DNA of 64,000 nucleotides from a bacterium (GTDB lineage: Bacteria > Myxococcota_A > Bradymonadia > Bradymonadales > Bradymonadaceae): positions 28,631 through 92,630 of the forward strand of contig JAUIBR010000002.1 of NCBI GenBank assembly GCA_030427705.1, read 5' to 3'. The translations under genes were made by a program, and so were the position numbers. The notes beneath the pieces are model-generated. The model had not been told where the DNA came from and did no database searches. It saw nothing but the letters and a program-made list of their open reading frames with translations. The first letter of the stretch is position 1. The number at the start of each line of letters is the position of its first letter. Below are positions 46,075 through 55,155 of the stretch, in pieces.

Positions 46075-49000
46075 ATGAAGGTCCATTTGGGTCCATTCGA
46101 GATTCAGTCTCGATTTGCCACCGGTGGCATGGGGGAGATCTACCGGGGTGTGCACACCGGTCTTGATACCCCTGTGGCCATCAAGGTGATCACGGGCCCG
46201 AATGCGTTGGTGCCAGAATATCAGGAAGAGTTCCGCCGGGAAGTTCAAGCCGTCGCGCGCCTCGCCCACCCAAACATTGTGCAGGTTTTCGACTACGGCG
46301 TACTTCCCGAGGAAGTTTCGGAGATCAGCTCGGACCTTGTGCCAGGCGCGCCTTACCTTGTGATGGAGTACGCCAGCCGCGGGTCTCTGGCCAACCAGAT
46401 AGAGCCGCTGAACTGGCGCGACCTCAAGAACATCTTGGTATCGGTGCTCGGCGCGTTGTCCCACGCCCACGCCCGCAACGTGATTCACCGCGATATTAAG
46501 CCGGGCAACGTGCTTTTGGGCAGCTACCACGAGACGCCGCCGCGCATCATCCTCACCGACTTTGGTGTGGCGCACGCGACCGATTCGCAGACGCGAACGG
46601 ATGCCATGGAATTCACGTCTCGAAGTACCGAGGAAGCCTCGGGTACGCCTCGCTACATGGCGCCCGAGCAGTTCATGGGCAAATGGCGCGACTACGGTCC
46701 GTGGACCGACCTGTATTCGGTCGGAATCATGGCCTACCACCTGGCTTGCGGAGAGCTGCCGTTCCAGGGCGCCACTTTCATGATGTTGGCGATGGCGCAC
46801 ATCAACAACGACTTCCCTGCACTGAAACCCCGCATCGACGTTCCAGATGGATTCGAAGATTGGGTCCATCGCATGTGCGAAAAGAAGTTCACCGACCGCT
46901 ATCAGAGCGCAGCTGATGCTGCATGGGGTCTGATGGAGTTGAACGACTCGGCGCTGCTGTTCAGCGAACTCAGCGCGATCGCCGGTGAACACGAGGAAGA
47001 GGACGATTTCGACGATTCGACGGACATGCTTCCGACCCGAATTGACTTCGCTCCGCCCGAAGCATTGCGCGTCTTCACGATGAGTAAGACCGAGACTCAG
47101 GACTACCCTGACGCTCCCGCGATGCCATTGACCTGGGAAGAAGCTGAACCACCAACGGCTGAGCTTTCGATGCTGGGCGCGGGTTTGGGACTTCTAGGTC
47201 TGCGAGCAATCCCAGTGGTCGGCCGCGAAGGCCTTCGAACCACGCTGTGGGACAGTTTCAAGAGCGTATACTTCGATGGTGAGCCACGCGTCGTCGTGTT
47301 GCGCGGCTTGTCCGGCACCGGCAAGACACGCATGGCTGAGTGGATTGGCCAACTGTCCGAGGAAATCGGCGCGGGAACCGTGTTCGTTGCCAGCCACAGT
47401 CCAACAGGTGGCCCCACGCACGGGCTCAGTTTTATGCTGACAACGCACTTCCGGAGCGCCGGATTGACCGCCGAAGACATGGGCGAGCGTGTCGACGAGT
47501 ATCTGGACCGCGAAGGCGTCAGTGACCAAACAGAAACTCGCGCATTAACCGAGATTATGCGCTCAAACCTGGTCGAGGCTGACCGGACGTCCAAGTTCAT
47601 GGCGTTCCAGTCCATGGCCCATCGCTACGGCTTCATCCGTCGGGTGTTAGAGCGCGCGAGTCATCGCCGGCCTGTCGTCTGCATCTTGGACGACGCGCAG
47701 TGGAGCTGGGACTCGCTGGGCTTCGTCAAGGACGTGCTCGAAGCAGACGAAAAGCATCCGGTGTTCTTTGTTGTCACCATCAAAGACGAAGCGCTCGTCG
47801 AACAACCCGACGAGCAACGTGCCCTAGCCCAGCTTCTGGTGCGCCCAGAAACGATTGAAGTGTTCGTTGACCCGCTTAGCGAAGAGGACATTTCAGACCT
47901 TGTGCGCGCCCACCTTGGGCTGCCTGACGACCTCGCCGAAAACGTGGCTGAGCAATCCGGCGGAAGCCCCCTCTTTGCCATTCAGCTTGTCGAGGACTGG
48001 GTCAAACGCGGGATTTTGGAAACCGATGGTCAGCACTTCGTCGTGCGCCGCGGTGAAACTGCAACGTTGCCGCAAGACCTGGCAGCATTGTGGGAGAGCC
48101 GAATCAACTTCCTGGTCGAACAGCTCTCGATGCCTGATTCGAACGAGTCGCGCATCCAGATTCTGGTCGACCCTGATGTCGCACGACGCAGCCTCGAATT
48201 GGCGGCAGCGCTGGGCCGAGATGTCGTGACTAAAGAGTGGCTCGAAGTCTGTGACCGAGCACGTGTCAAAGCCGTGGTTGGCATCGTCGACGAGATGATT
48301 CGCCTTCGCATGGCCACCCCACTGCCCGAGACCGAAGGCTTCTCGTTCATCAATATTCAGCTGTGGGAAGCCCTAATCCGCTCCGCGAAAAACAACGAGC
48401 GTTGGGTCAGCCACAACATGAAGTGCGCGCAGGTATTGACGTCACTTTATGACACGGAACAACCCGGCCTCGCACAGCGCGTCGGACGGCACTTCCTTGC
48501 TGCAAAGGCCTATCAGCTGGCAATCACCTGTTTGGAAGAAGCCTATCAACGCGCGCATGGCGCATCAGAACACGGCGAGACCGACGCGATTCTAGAACTG
48601 CTGGAGCGCTCCTACGAAGAGATGGATATCGATTCGTCGGACTCGCGCTGGGCAGAACTTTGGGTGCGTCGCGGGGTTCCAATGATCTACGCCGAAGATC
48701 AGGAGACTTTCGACGCCGGTGTTTCCCTTCTGACCAAGGCCGAACGTGCAAGCCGGGCTGCTGGCCACAACAAGAAGCTGGTCAGCATTCTTCGCGCACA
48801 AGCGTGGGCCGCCGCGTTGTCAGACTCACCGGAAGACGGGCTAGAGAAAATCAACGAAGCCATCGAGCTCTCCGGCGACAAGACCAGCATGCTGGCGCCG
48901 TGCAAACGCACATTGGGTCATATCAAGTTGGTCACCGGCGACTACACGGAAGCCGAAGAAGCACTCCAAGAGACCCTCTCGCTAGCGCCTGATTCGATTC

Positions 49001-50166
49001 CAGCGGTTTGGGCACAAGTTGAGCTGGGTGCCTGTGCTTGGCGATTGGGGCGATTTGATGAGGCCGAAACACTGCTTGAGCTAGGCCGGCAACAGGCTGA
49101 ACAGCACGACATCAAGCTCGCGTGCGCGGTAGTCCATGAAGTCCTGGGGCATATTGCATTCCAGAAAGACGACTACCAGACAGCTTACGACGAACACGCG
49201 CAGGCGTTTGAGATTCGCGAGATGACTGGCGATGGGTCCACGACTCGAAAGCGGTCATGGGAACTCATGGCGCGAAGTGCGGTGTTGCTCGGTAACTACG
49301 ATGAAGCGAAGGCAATTGCCTCTCAGCTGCAACGGGCATTGCAAGGCGGCGCACGGGCCATCTTCGTTCACCCCGCAGACCTCCTGCTCGCCATCGCCGC
49401 GGGACAGCAAGAATGGGATGACTGGGACGACCTGGTTGAATCAGCTCTGCAGTTCGACCGCCCCATCGAGTCATGGCACGTCGAGATTCTAATCAATGCC
49501 GGCCGAAGCGCGATGCGTGCCGGCGAGGCGACTCGTGGTCGCGAAATGCTCGAGCAATTGCTTGAGATGCTGGACTCAGAAGGTCTCTACGAAGAGCTTC
49601 AGGTCGAAGTGACCGAGCTCGTCGACGATTTCGCCATCGAAGAAGAGCTCGATGAGCTGACGATGCTTCAGGAGGAATTCCACCAGAGCGAAGCATCCGA
49701 TGATGAAGTTGAAGAGGACGAAGGCAGCGAGGCCGAATCGAGCGTGGCCGAGGCTGAAGAGCCCGAAGACGAGTTCGGGGTACCCGAAGCCCTGGAACAA
49801 TCGCTTGGCACCCGCGAAGACTCCGAACCCGACGAAGAATATAGCGGCGTTCAGATTGTGAATATCGCCGATATCGCTGCAATTACCGATCAGAGCAGTG
49901 GAAGTTTTGCTGCCGTCGTGCCCGATTCTGGATTCCATAAACTCTATGAGGATCCTGATGAAACGGGCGAACTCGAAGTCAGCGAGGGCGAAGACGAAAG
50001 CGAAGACGAAGATGTCGACGCTGTCCGGGAATTCGCAGCTACCGGCGAGAAACCCGGCGCTGAAGGAGGTGGCAACACCGCCATCGGGAATCCCAATCAC
50101 CTGTGGCCAGCTATCGATCGCGAGAGCGATGTTAGCGAGGCATCGGAAGCCGACTCCGAAGACTAA
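46075..50166 (+). CDS. Ser/Thr protein kinase fused to STAND-type AAA ATPase and TPR/helical repeats, acidic C-terminal tail
   Basis: Kinase subdomains (GGMGEIYRG; VAIKVI; HRDIKPGNVLL; DFG; APE), then a P-loop (LRGLSGTGKT), a long helical/TPR region, and a C-terminal 200 aa of E/D-rich low complexity. Confidence 0.9.
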   Translation: MKVHLGPFEIQSRFATGGMGEIYRGVHTGLDTPVAIKVITGPNALVPEYQEEFRREVQAVARLAHPNIVQVFDYGVLPEEVSEISSDLVPGAPYLVMEYASRGSLANQIEPLNWRDLKNILVSVLGALSHAHARNVIHRDIKPGNVLLGSYHETPPRIILTDFGVAHATDSQTRTDAMEFTSRSTEEASGTPRYMAPEQFMGKWRDYGPWTDLYSVGIMAYHLACGELPFQGATFMMLAMAHINNDFPALKPRIDVPDGFEDWVHRMCEKKFTDRYQSAADAAWGLMELNDSALLFSELSAIAGEHEEEDDFDDSTDMLPTRIDFAPPEALRVFTMSKTETQDYPDAPAMPLTWEEAEPPTAELSMLGAGLGLLGLRAIPVVGREGLRTTLWDSFKSVYFDGEPRVVVLRGLSGTGKTRMAEWIGQLSEEIGAGTVFVASHSPTGGPTHGLSFMLTTHFRSAGLTAEDMGERVDEYLDREGVSDQTETRALTEIMRSNLVEADRTSKFMAFQSMAHRYGFIRRVLERASHRRPVVCILDDAQWSWDSLGFVKDVLEADEKHPVFFVVTIKDEALVEQPDEQRALAQLLVRPETIEVFVDPLSEEDISDLVRAHLGLPDDLAENVAEQSGGSPLFAIQLVEDWVKRGILETDGQHFVVRRGETATLPQDLAALWESRINFLVEQLSMPDSNESRIQILVDPDVARRSLELAAALGRDVVTKEWLEVCDRARVKAVVGIVDEMIRLRMATPLPETEGFSFINIQLWEALIRSAKNNERWVSHNMKCAQVLTSLYDTEQPGLAQRVGRHFLAAKAYQLAITCLEEAYQRAHGASEHGETDAILELLERSYEEMDIDSSDSRWAELWVRRGVPMIYAEDQETFDAGVSLLTKAERASRAAGHNKKLVSILRAQAWAAALSDSPEDGLEKINEAIELSGDKTSMLAPCKRTLGHIKLVTGDYTEAEEALQETLSLAPDSIPAVWAQVELGACAWRLGRFDEAETLLELGRQQAEQHDIKLACAVVHEVLGHIAFQKDDYQTAYDEHAQAFEIREMTGDGSTTRKRSWELMARSAVLLGNYDEAKAIASQLQRALQGGARAIFVHPADLLLAIAAGQQEWDDWDDLVESALQFDRPIESWHVEILINAGRSAMRAGEATRGREMLEQLLEMLDSEGLYEELQVEVTELVDDFAIEEELDELTMLQEEFHQSEASDDEVEEDEGSEAESSVAEAEEPEDEFGVPEALEQSLGTREDSEPDEEYSGVQIVNIADIAAITDQSSGSFAAVVPDSGFHKLYEDPDETGELEVSEGEDESEDEDVDAVREFAATGEKPGAEGGGNTAIGNPNHLWPAIDRESDVSEASEADSED

Positions 50167-50179
50167 CTCGGCATTTCTC

Positions 50180-50207
50180 TTGACATTCCTGTCGCCGCCG
50201 TACTATT
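50180..50207 (+). promoter_or_regulatory. sigma-70-like promoter candidate for the fasciclin gene (TTGACA ... TACTAT)
   Basis: TTGACA at 50180..50185, then TACTAT/ACTATT 15 to 16 nt downstream, about 95 nt before the ATG at 50303. Confidence 0.3.
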
Positions 50208-50302
50208 CCGGCGTGCATTGCTAAAGAAGTTTTCCACAACTTTGTTAACTAAGTTCGCCTTGGGAAAGGTATTTCCACGGCAACAACTACAGGGAAAATC
50301 AA

Positions 50303-50911
50303 ATGAAGAAACTTGTAATCCTTTTGGTCCTCGCCATGTTCTCGTTCGCATGCAGCGGAACTCCTGAAATGCCAGACGCCGACGCAATGGCGGATGAAGC
50401 AGCCAAGGAAGCTGAAGCAGAGCAAAAGAAGATGGAAGAAGATGCGGCTAACCAGGCTGCAGAAGCTATGAAGCTCGACATCGTCGACACCGCTGCTGCA
50501 AACCCTGACTTCGCAACGCTCGTCCAAGCTGTCACGGCTGCTGAGCTTGCTGAAACGCTCAAGGGCGAAGGTCCTTTCACCGTCTTCGCTCCAACCAACG
50601 ACGCTTTCGCAGCTCTTGGTGAAGAGAAGATTGCTGAGCTCATGAAGCCAGAGAACAAAGAGCAGCTTGCTACCGTTCTTAAGTTCCACGTTGTCCCAGC
50701 TAAAGTTATGGCTGCTGACGTCACCACGATGGAAGCTGACACGGCTGCTGGCGTTAAGGCTGCTGTGAACGTCGCTGAAGACGGAACGGTCACCTACGCA
50801 GGTGCAAAGGTCGTCAAGACCGACATCGAGTGCACGAACGGCGTTATCCACGTCATCGACGCAGTCGTTATGCCACCAGAGCAGGTTGCTGCTAAGGCAG
50901 AAGCTAAGTAA
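50303..50911 (+). CDS. fasciclin (FAS1) domain lipoprotein
   Basis: Lipobox MKKLVILLVLAMFSFACSG, an Ala/Glu-rich linker, and the FAS1 signature (TVFAPTNDAF...L..HVV...). GC is visibly lower than in its neighbours. Confidence 0.85.
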   Translation: MKKLVILLVLAMFSFACSGTPEMPDADAMADEAAKEAEAEQKKMEEDAANQAAEAMKLDIVDTAAANPDFATLVQAVTAAELAETLKGEGPFTVFAPTNDAFAALGEEKIAELMKPENKEQLATVLKFHVVPAKVMAADVTTMEADTAAGVKAAVNVAEDGTVTYAGAKVVKTDIECTNGVIHVIDAVVMPPEQVAAKAEAK

Positions 50912-50930
50912 TCTCCCCGAGATTACAGCT

Positions 50931-50963
50931 AAAGAGCGCCGTGATTTCACGGCGCTTTTTTTG
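50931..50963 (+). terminator. rho-independent terminator (GAGCGCCGTG-atttc-ACGGCGCT-TTTTTTT)
   Basis: Perfect 8 to 10-bp GC stem plus T7, 20 nt after the fasciclin stop. Confidence 0.75.
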
Positions 50964-50984
50964 TGCCCAAACGAGGTAGTTACG

Positions 50985-52229
50985 ATGAGTGAGCGCGGGC
51001 AGAGACGACAGGAAATCGATTCGTTGGAAGAGCTTCAGGCTGCAGCCAATGAACGACGCGACCTTTCGGACTGGGTTATTCAAGGCATCGACCTGAATGG
51101 TGTCGACCTTAAGCAGGTCAATCTGAAGAACACATTGTTCTTGGGCTGCAACGTCGGTCCACACCACCAGACAATCTTGGACGGTGGCGGCCATGTCCTG
51201 CCACCCTTGGGCGAATTGCCCTATGACCCGTATCGCACCGGACTGTATTCGGTTGACGAGCTGCTGCAAGGATACAAAGAAGGCGGCTATACCAACAGCT
51301 GTGACTTCAAGATCTACGAACACTTCGACCGGGCGCGCAATCACCCCAGTGGCGTGTCTGTCCGTGAGGCATTCGCCCAGCGGGTACATGACCATGCTAT
51401 CGACGACGGGCTTGAAGAGACGATTGCTGTCCATCGCGGCAACGGCATCGTTGGCATTATGGGCGGACATAGCACCAAGCGTAATGACCCGTATTTTGCA
51501 AAGGTCGCTCACCTGGCCTGGCAATTGACGCGTGACGGGTTCTTGGTCGCTAGCGGCGGCGGCCCCGGAATCATGGAGGCGGCAAATCTGGGAGCGTTCT
51601 TGGCCAGCTATGCCAACCCATCGGCAGTTGATGAGGCAATCCAGATGTTGTCTGTTGCGCCCAAGTTTGATGGGGGGCAAGAGGAAGGCACGCCGGAGTA
51701 TTTGGAGGCCATCCGTAACTACATCCGTGTGGCACGCGGAGTTGTTGAGCACTTCTTTGGCGACGCGTCTGGCGAGGTCGCGCAACGTCTGAACAGAGAG
51801 AAAGATCAACCCGCCGATAGCCTCGCCATCCCCACCTGGTTCTACGGACACGAGCCGACAAACCTGTTTGGGAATCATGTCGCAAAGTACTTCTCGAACA
51901 GCCTGCGCGAAGACGGTTTGTTGGCCATCGCAGATGCTGGTGTCGTGTTTGCTCCCGGCAGCGCAGGAACCCTGCAGGAGGTCTTCATGGACCTCGCACA
52001 GAACCACTACGCGACATTTAAGGTCCGTAGCCCAATGGTGTTTCTGGGCACGGAACGCTTCGACACGCTGTTTGAGTTCATCCAGGGATTCGTGAAACAG
52101 CGCAATATGGAGGGCGTCTACGGCGACATGCTGACGCTTTTGGATGAACCCGCTACAATCGTTGAGTTCATCAAAACGCACCCACCGCGGCCTCGAGAAG
52201 TGAAGACGCCGCTCTACGACTTGATTTGA
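50985..52229 (+). CDS. LOG-family nucleotide-binding protein (PpnN/YgdH-like nucleotide 5'-monophosphate nucleosidase type) with pentapeptide-repeat-like N-terminus
   Basis: GGGPGIMEAANLGA (the LOG PGGxGTxxE-like motif) and GIVGIMGG. The N-terminus (DLNGVDLKQVNLKNTLFLGCNV) is pentapeptide-like. Start at the ATG with a GAGG RBS, after the fasciclin terminator. Confidence 0.7.
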   Translation: MSERGQRRQEIDSLEELQAAANERRDLSDWVIQGIDLNGVDLKQVNLKNTLFLGCNVGPHHQTILDGGGHVLPPLGELPYDPYRTGLYSVDELLQGYKEGGYTNSCDFKIYEHFDRARNHPSGVSVREAFAQRVHDHAIDDGLEETIAVHRGNGIVGIMGGHSTKRNDPYFAKVAHLAWQLTRDGFLVASGGGPGIMEAANLGAFLASYANPSAVDEAIQMLSVAPKFDGGQEEGTPEYLEAIRNYIRVARGVVEHFFGDASGEVAQRLNREKDQPADSLAIPTWFYGHEPTNLFGNHVAKYFSNSLREDGLLAIADAGVVFAPGSAGTLQEVFMDLAQNHYATFKVRSPMVFLGTERFDTLFEFIQGFVKQRNMEGVYGDMLTLLDEPATIVEFIKTHPPRPREVKTPLYDLI

Positions 52230-52237
52230 GGTAGCCG

Positions 52238-52939
52238 ATGCGATTTCTAGTTTTGTTTTTGTTGGTTGTTCTGGCCGGTTGCTCCGAAGACGAGAGCGGC
52301 AACAACGCAAATAATATGTCGAATAACGGCAATAATTCGAACAACGTCAACAACGTTAACAACGTTAACAATTCGAATAACGTGAACAACGTGAACAACG
52401 TGAACAACGTCAACAATTCGAATAACGTCAACAACAGCAACAACGCGAACAACAGCAATAACGCGAACAACAGCAACAACGCGAACAATACGGTCGCCGA
52501 CATGGGTGCTGACATGAATATGTCAGATGCTGGCATGGATATGGGAGCGGACCCGTATGCCGGACGTCCATTGGGTCAGTGTGCTGTGTCTGCGGATTGC
52601 CCTGAGAATCCAAACGGTAAGCTCTGCAATCGCCTGCTTCCGGGCGGAAGTTGTGGTGCATGTGGCGATGACAACCACTGTGATGACACGTGCTTCGTTG
52701 GAACCTGTGTAACGACCTGCAGCGACGAAAATGACTGCCCACCTGGGTTGGTATGCACGTCAGCTGGGCGTTGCGGTGCGGCGCTGTGTGTGAATGACGT
52801 CTGCCCGATTCCGTTCTACGGCTGTAGCACGTCGAATCGTTGTCAACGCATCGACTGCACGGGCGATGCGTCCGTATGTCCCGCTGGCACAACCTGCGCT
52901 GCAAACATCTGCATCGAAGATCGCCTGCTGAACAATTAG
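52238..52939 (+). CDS. secreted lipoprotein with ~60-residue Asn-rich (NNVNN) low-complexity linker and Cys-rich C-terminal domain
   Basis: Lipobox LAGCSEDES. DNA 52297..52497 is a tandem AACAACGT(C/G)AAC codon repeat. The C-terminal domain (CAVSADCPENPNGKLC...SDENDCPPGLVCT...) resembles the C-terminus of the convergent gene 52936..54339. Confidence 0.7.
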   Translation: MRFLVLFLLVVLAGCSEDESGNNANNMSNNGNNSNNVNNVNNVNNSNNVNNVNNVNNVNNSNNVNNSNNANNSNNANNSNNANNTVADMGADMNMSDAGMDMGADPYAGRPLGQCAVSADCPENPNGKLCNRLLPGGSCGACGDDNHCDDTCFVGTCVTTCSDENDCPPGLVCTSAGRCGAALCVNDVCPIPFYGCSTSNRCQRIDCTGDASVCPAGTTCAANICIEDRLLNN

Positions 52940-54339
52940 AGCCCTGGCAGACAGCTCATCGTGCCACTCAATAGGTCAGGCAGACAGCTATAGCCATTGC
53001 GGCAATCGTTGTCAGACGTGCATGACTTCGTGCACGTGATCGGTGAGTTGGCGAAAGCGTTGAACGTGCAGACCGAACCGGCCGGGCATGTGCCTCCCAT
53101 TGGGAAGCAAAGCGTCGTGCAGTAGCCGCCGGGCGCCGAGAGCTCACACGTCGCGAGCCCGAGCCCTCCGCCAACACCGCAATCAGCATCCGAGGCGCAT
53201 GGCGCGCCGATACCAGCTGCCGCGTCACAGGTGTTGTTTGCTGTGCATCCTTCGCCGGACGGGCACACGCCGCAGTCCAAAGCTTGGCCACAACCATCGT
53301 TGGCTTGACCGCACTCGAAGCCTTGCGAAGCGCACGTTCGTGGCGTGCAGTTGCAGTCCGAATCGTTTTGGCTTGAGCAGTTTGACGGGCAGCATCCATC
53401 GCCGCCCTGGCAGACGGTCACGGTGTCATAGATGCATTGAACGTTGCAGTTGTCGGCCGAGCCGATGAGCGTGTCGGTCGTGCAAGCGACGTTGTCGTTA
53501 CACGATGTGGGGCAGTTGCCGTCACATGTCTCCATGCCGTCGAGCTGGCCGTTTCCACAAGCGCCCGAGCAGTCTGAGTCGTTGCTGGGTGTGCATGCTG
53601 CTGGGCAACATCCGTCGCCGCCCTGACAGACTTGGACCGGCGTTGTTTCGCAGCGAGCGTCACATGAGTCGGCTGTTCCAACCAATGTGGCGCCCACGCA
53701 AGCATTCGGGCTGGCGCACGAGGTTGGGCAGTCTCCATCACACGTCTCGCCCTCATCGATCGTTCCGTTTCCGCAATCGCCCATGACCTGGCTGCAATCC
53801 GAGTCGTCGTCGACGGTGCAACCTGGCAGGCAGCATCCGTCGCCGTCATCGCAGATTTGGATGGGGACGAAGTCACAACGCACCGAGCACGTGTCTGGGC
53901 TGCCTTTGACCACGCCTTCGCTGCAAGCTTCCGGTGATGGACAGGACGCTGGGCAGTCACCATCACAGGTCTCTGGACCTTCGACGACGCCGTCCCCACA
54001 GGTGTTTGTGCAATCGCTATCGGTCGTGGAGTCGCACCCGGTGGGGCAGCAACCGTCGCCGTTGGCGCACGCGATGGGTTCGACGATGCAGCGGGCAGTG
54101 CAGGCGTTCGCGTCTCCATCCAAGACAGCCGTGCTGCACGCGGGTGCAGAACACGAGTTGGGGCAAGCGCCCTCCCCACTTTCGATGCTTGGATCACAGA
54201 TTTCGCCGGGGTCCAACGCACCGTTCCCGCAGGTCCCGCCTGTATTCGGCGACTTGCCCTTGTTCTTGCTGGTATCGCTTCCGCAACCAACAAAGAGCCC
54301 AACCGCGACCATCAAAATGAGTAGATATATACGCTTCAT
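52936..54339 (-). CDS. secreted lipoprotein composed of Myxococcus-type cysteine-rich repeats (paralog of 22606..24006)
   Basis: Lipobox LFVGCGSDTS. Repeats CGNGALDPGEICD..., CGDGVVEGPETCDGDC..., CGNGTIDEGETCDGDC..., CGNGQLDGMETCDGNC..., plus a C-terminal Cys-rich domain. It overlaps the 52238 gene tail by 4 nt, convergently. Confidence 0.8.
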   Translation of the reverse strand: MKRIYLLILMVAVGLFVGCGSDTSKNKGKSPNTGGTCGNGALDPGEICDPSIESGEGACPNSCSAPACSTAVLDGDANACTARCIVEPIACANGDGCCPTGCDSTTDSDCTNTCGDGVVEGPETCDGDCPASCPSPEACSEGVVKGSPDTCSVRCDFVPIQICDDGDGCCLPGCTVDDDSDCSQVMGDCGNGTIDEGETCDGDCPTSCASPNACVGATLVGTADSCDARCETTPVQVCQGGDGCCPAACTPSNDSDCSGACGNGQLDGMETCDGNCPTSCNDNVACTTDTLIGSADNCNVQCIYDTVTVCQGGDGCCPSNCSSQNDSDCNCTPRTCASQGFECGQANDGCGQALDCGVCPSGEGCTANNTCDAAAGIGAPCASDADCGVGGGLGLATCELSAPGGYCTTLCFPMGGTCPAGSVCTFNAFANSPITCTKSCTSDNDCRNGYSCLPDLLSGTMSCLPGL

Positions 54340-54459
54340 TACATCTCCAGAGATGTGCGGAGTTCACAGCAAAACGCGCCGTAAATCAAGCGTTCCGCGG
54401 CATGCTTTTAGGATCTTTCAGGCGAAGCCCGGTACTGGCGTCAATCCCACAGACAGGTC

Positions 54460-55155
54460 TCAGGGAAGCCGGTTTAGCGGGGCTTCCCGTTCGAGCTTAT
54501 GAACTACTGGACCGGTCAACCACCAATCCCTGCCATCGAAAAACGGAAGAACTGCGTCGCGTGGGTAAAACGAGTGAAGTGACACACCGTCTGTGGAACT
54601 TGAGTCGTAGACGAGAATTCCTTGGTCGCACATCAGTATCCGGTCTCCGCCGGCTCCAATAAGTCTTGAGCGTTCATTGATGGGAAACTCATCATACATC
54701 TCCAAACCCGGAGAATTGCGAAGCACAGTCAGCTTGCGTGAACACTCCTCACAGTTGCGCGACAGTCCTGTCGCTTCACGAAAGTCGCCATCGATGGAAT
54801 GCGTGACGTAAATGTTTTCGGCATCTACCTGTACGGGGTCGAGCCAACGGTTTGCAAACCTATGACTCGACTCCAGGCGAAATCCGTTTGATTGGCGCCG
54901 CATGCGCCAAATCACGCTGTCGAAGAAGTTGTCGTCAGTCGGTGAGTGACCTTGTGTGACTAGTACATCGCCGTCGTACCAGACTGGGTACCCTTGAACG
55001 TTCATTGCATCTCCAAATCGCACCGCCCCGTCTTGCATCGTCAGCTCGCGTACAAAGACAGCGTGGTGTGGGATACCGTCAACGTCCGGAACCTTCTTGC
55101 GGGTCACAACCAAAAGTCCTCCCTGAGAACTCAGAACATGTACAGCCTTCACCAA
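54460..55155 (-). pseudogene. possible frameshifted 3' continuation of the 55079..56947 gene (or an independent 231-aa gene lacking signal peptide)
   Basis: The frame overlaps the upstream gene's 3' end by 77 nt. It continues the beta-rich composition (VLVTQGHSPTDDNFFDSVIWRMRRQ...) and has no signal peptide of its own. Confidence 0.35.

Noticed and set aside
45964-46992. 342-aa minus-strand ORF antisense to the Ser/Thr kinase N-terminus.
   Set aside because: The plus strand encodes unambiguous kinase subdomains. The antisense frame is Arg-rich, as expected for a shadow ORF in high-GC DNA.
50904-52310. 468-aa minus ORF antisense to the PpnN/LOG-like gene.
   Set aside because: The plus frame carries the LOG signature motifs, with a good RBS and an upstream terminator.
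53418-54502. ORFs 53418..54302(-), 53687..54502(+) and 53934..54320(+).
   Set aside because: They are off-frame or antisense readings of the Cys-repeat lipoprotein gene 52936..54339 and are Arg/Ser/Pro-rich.
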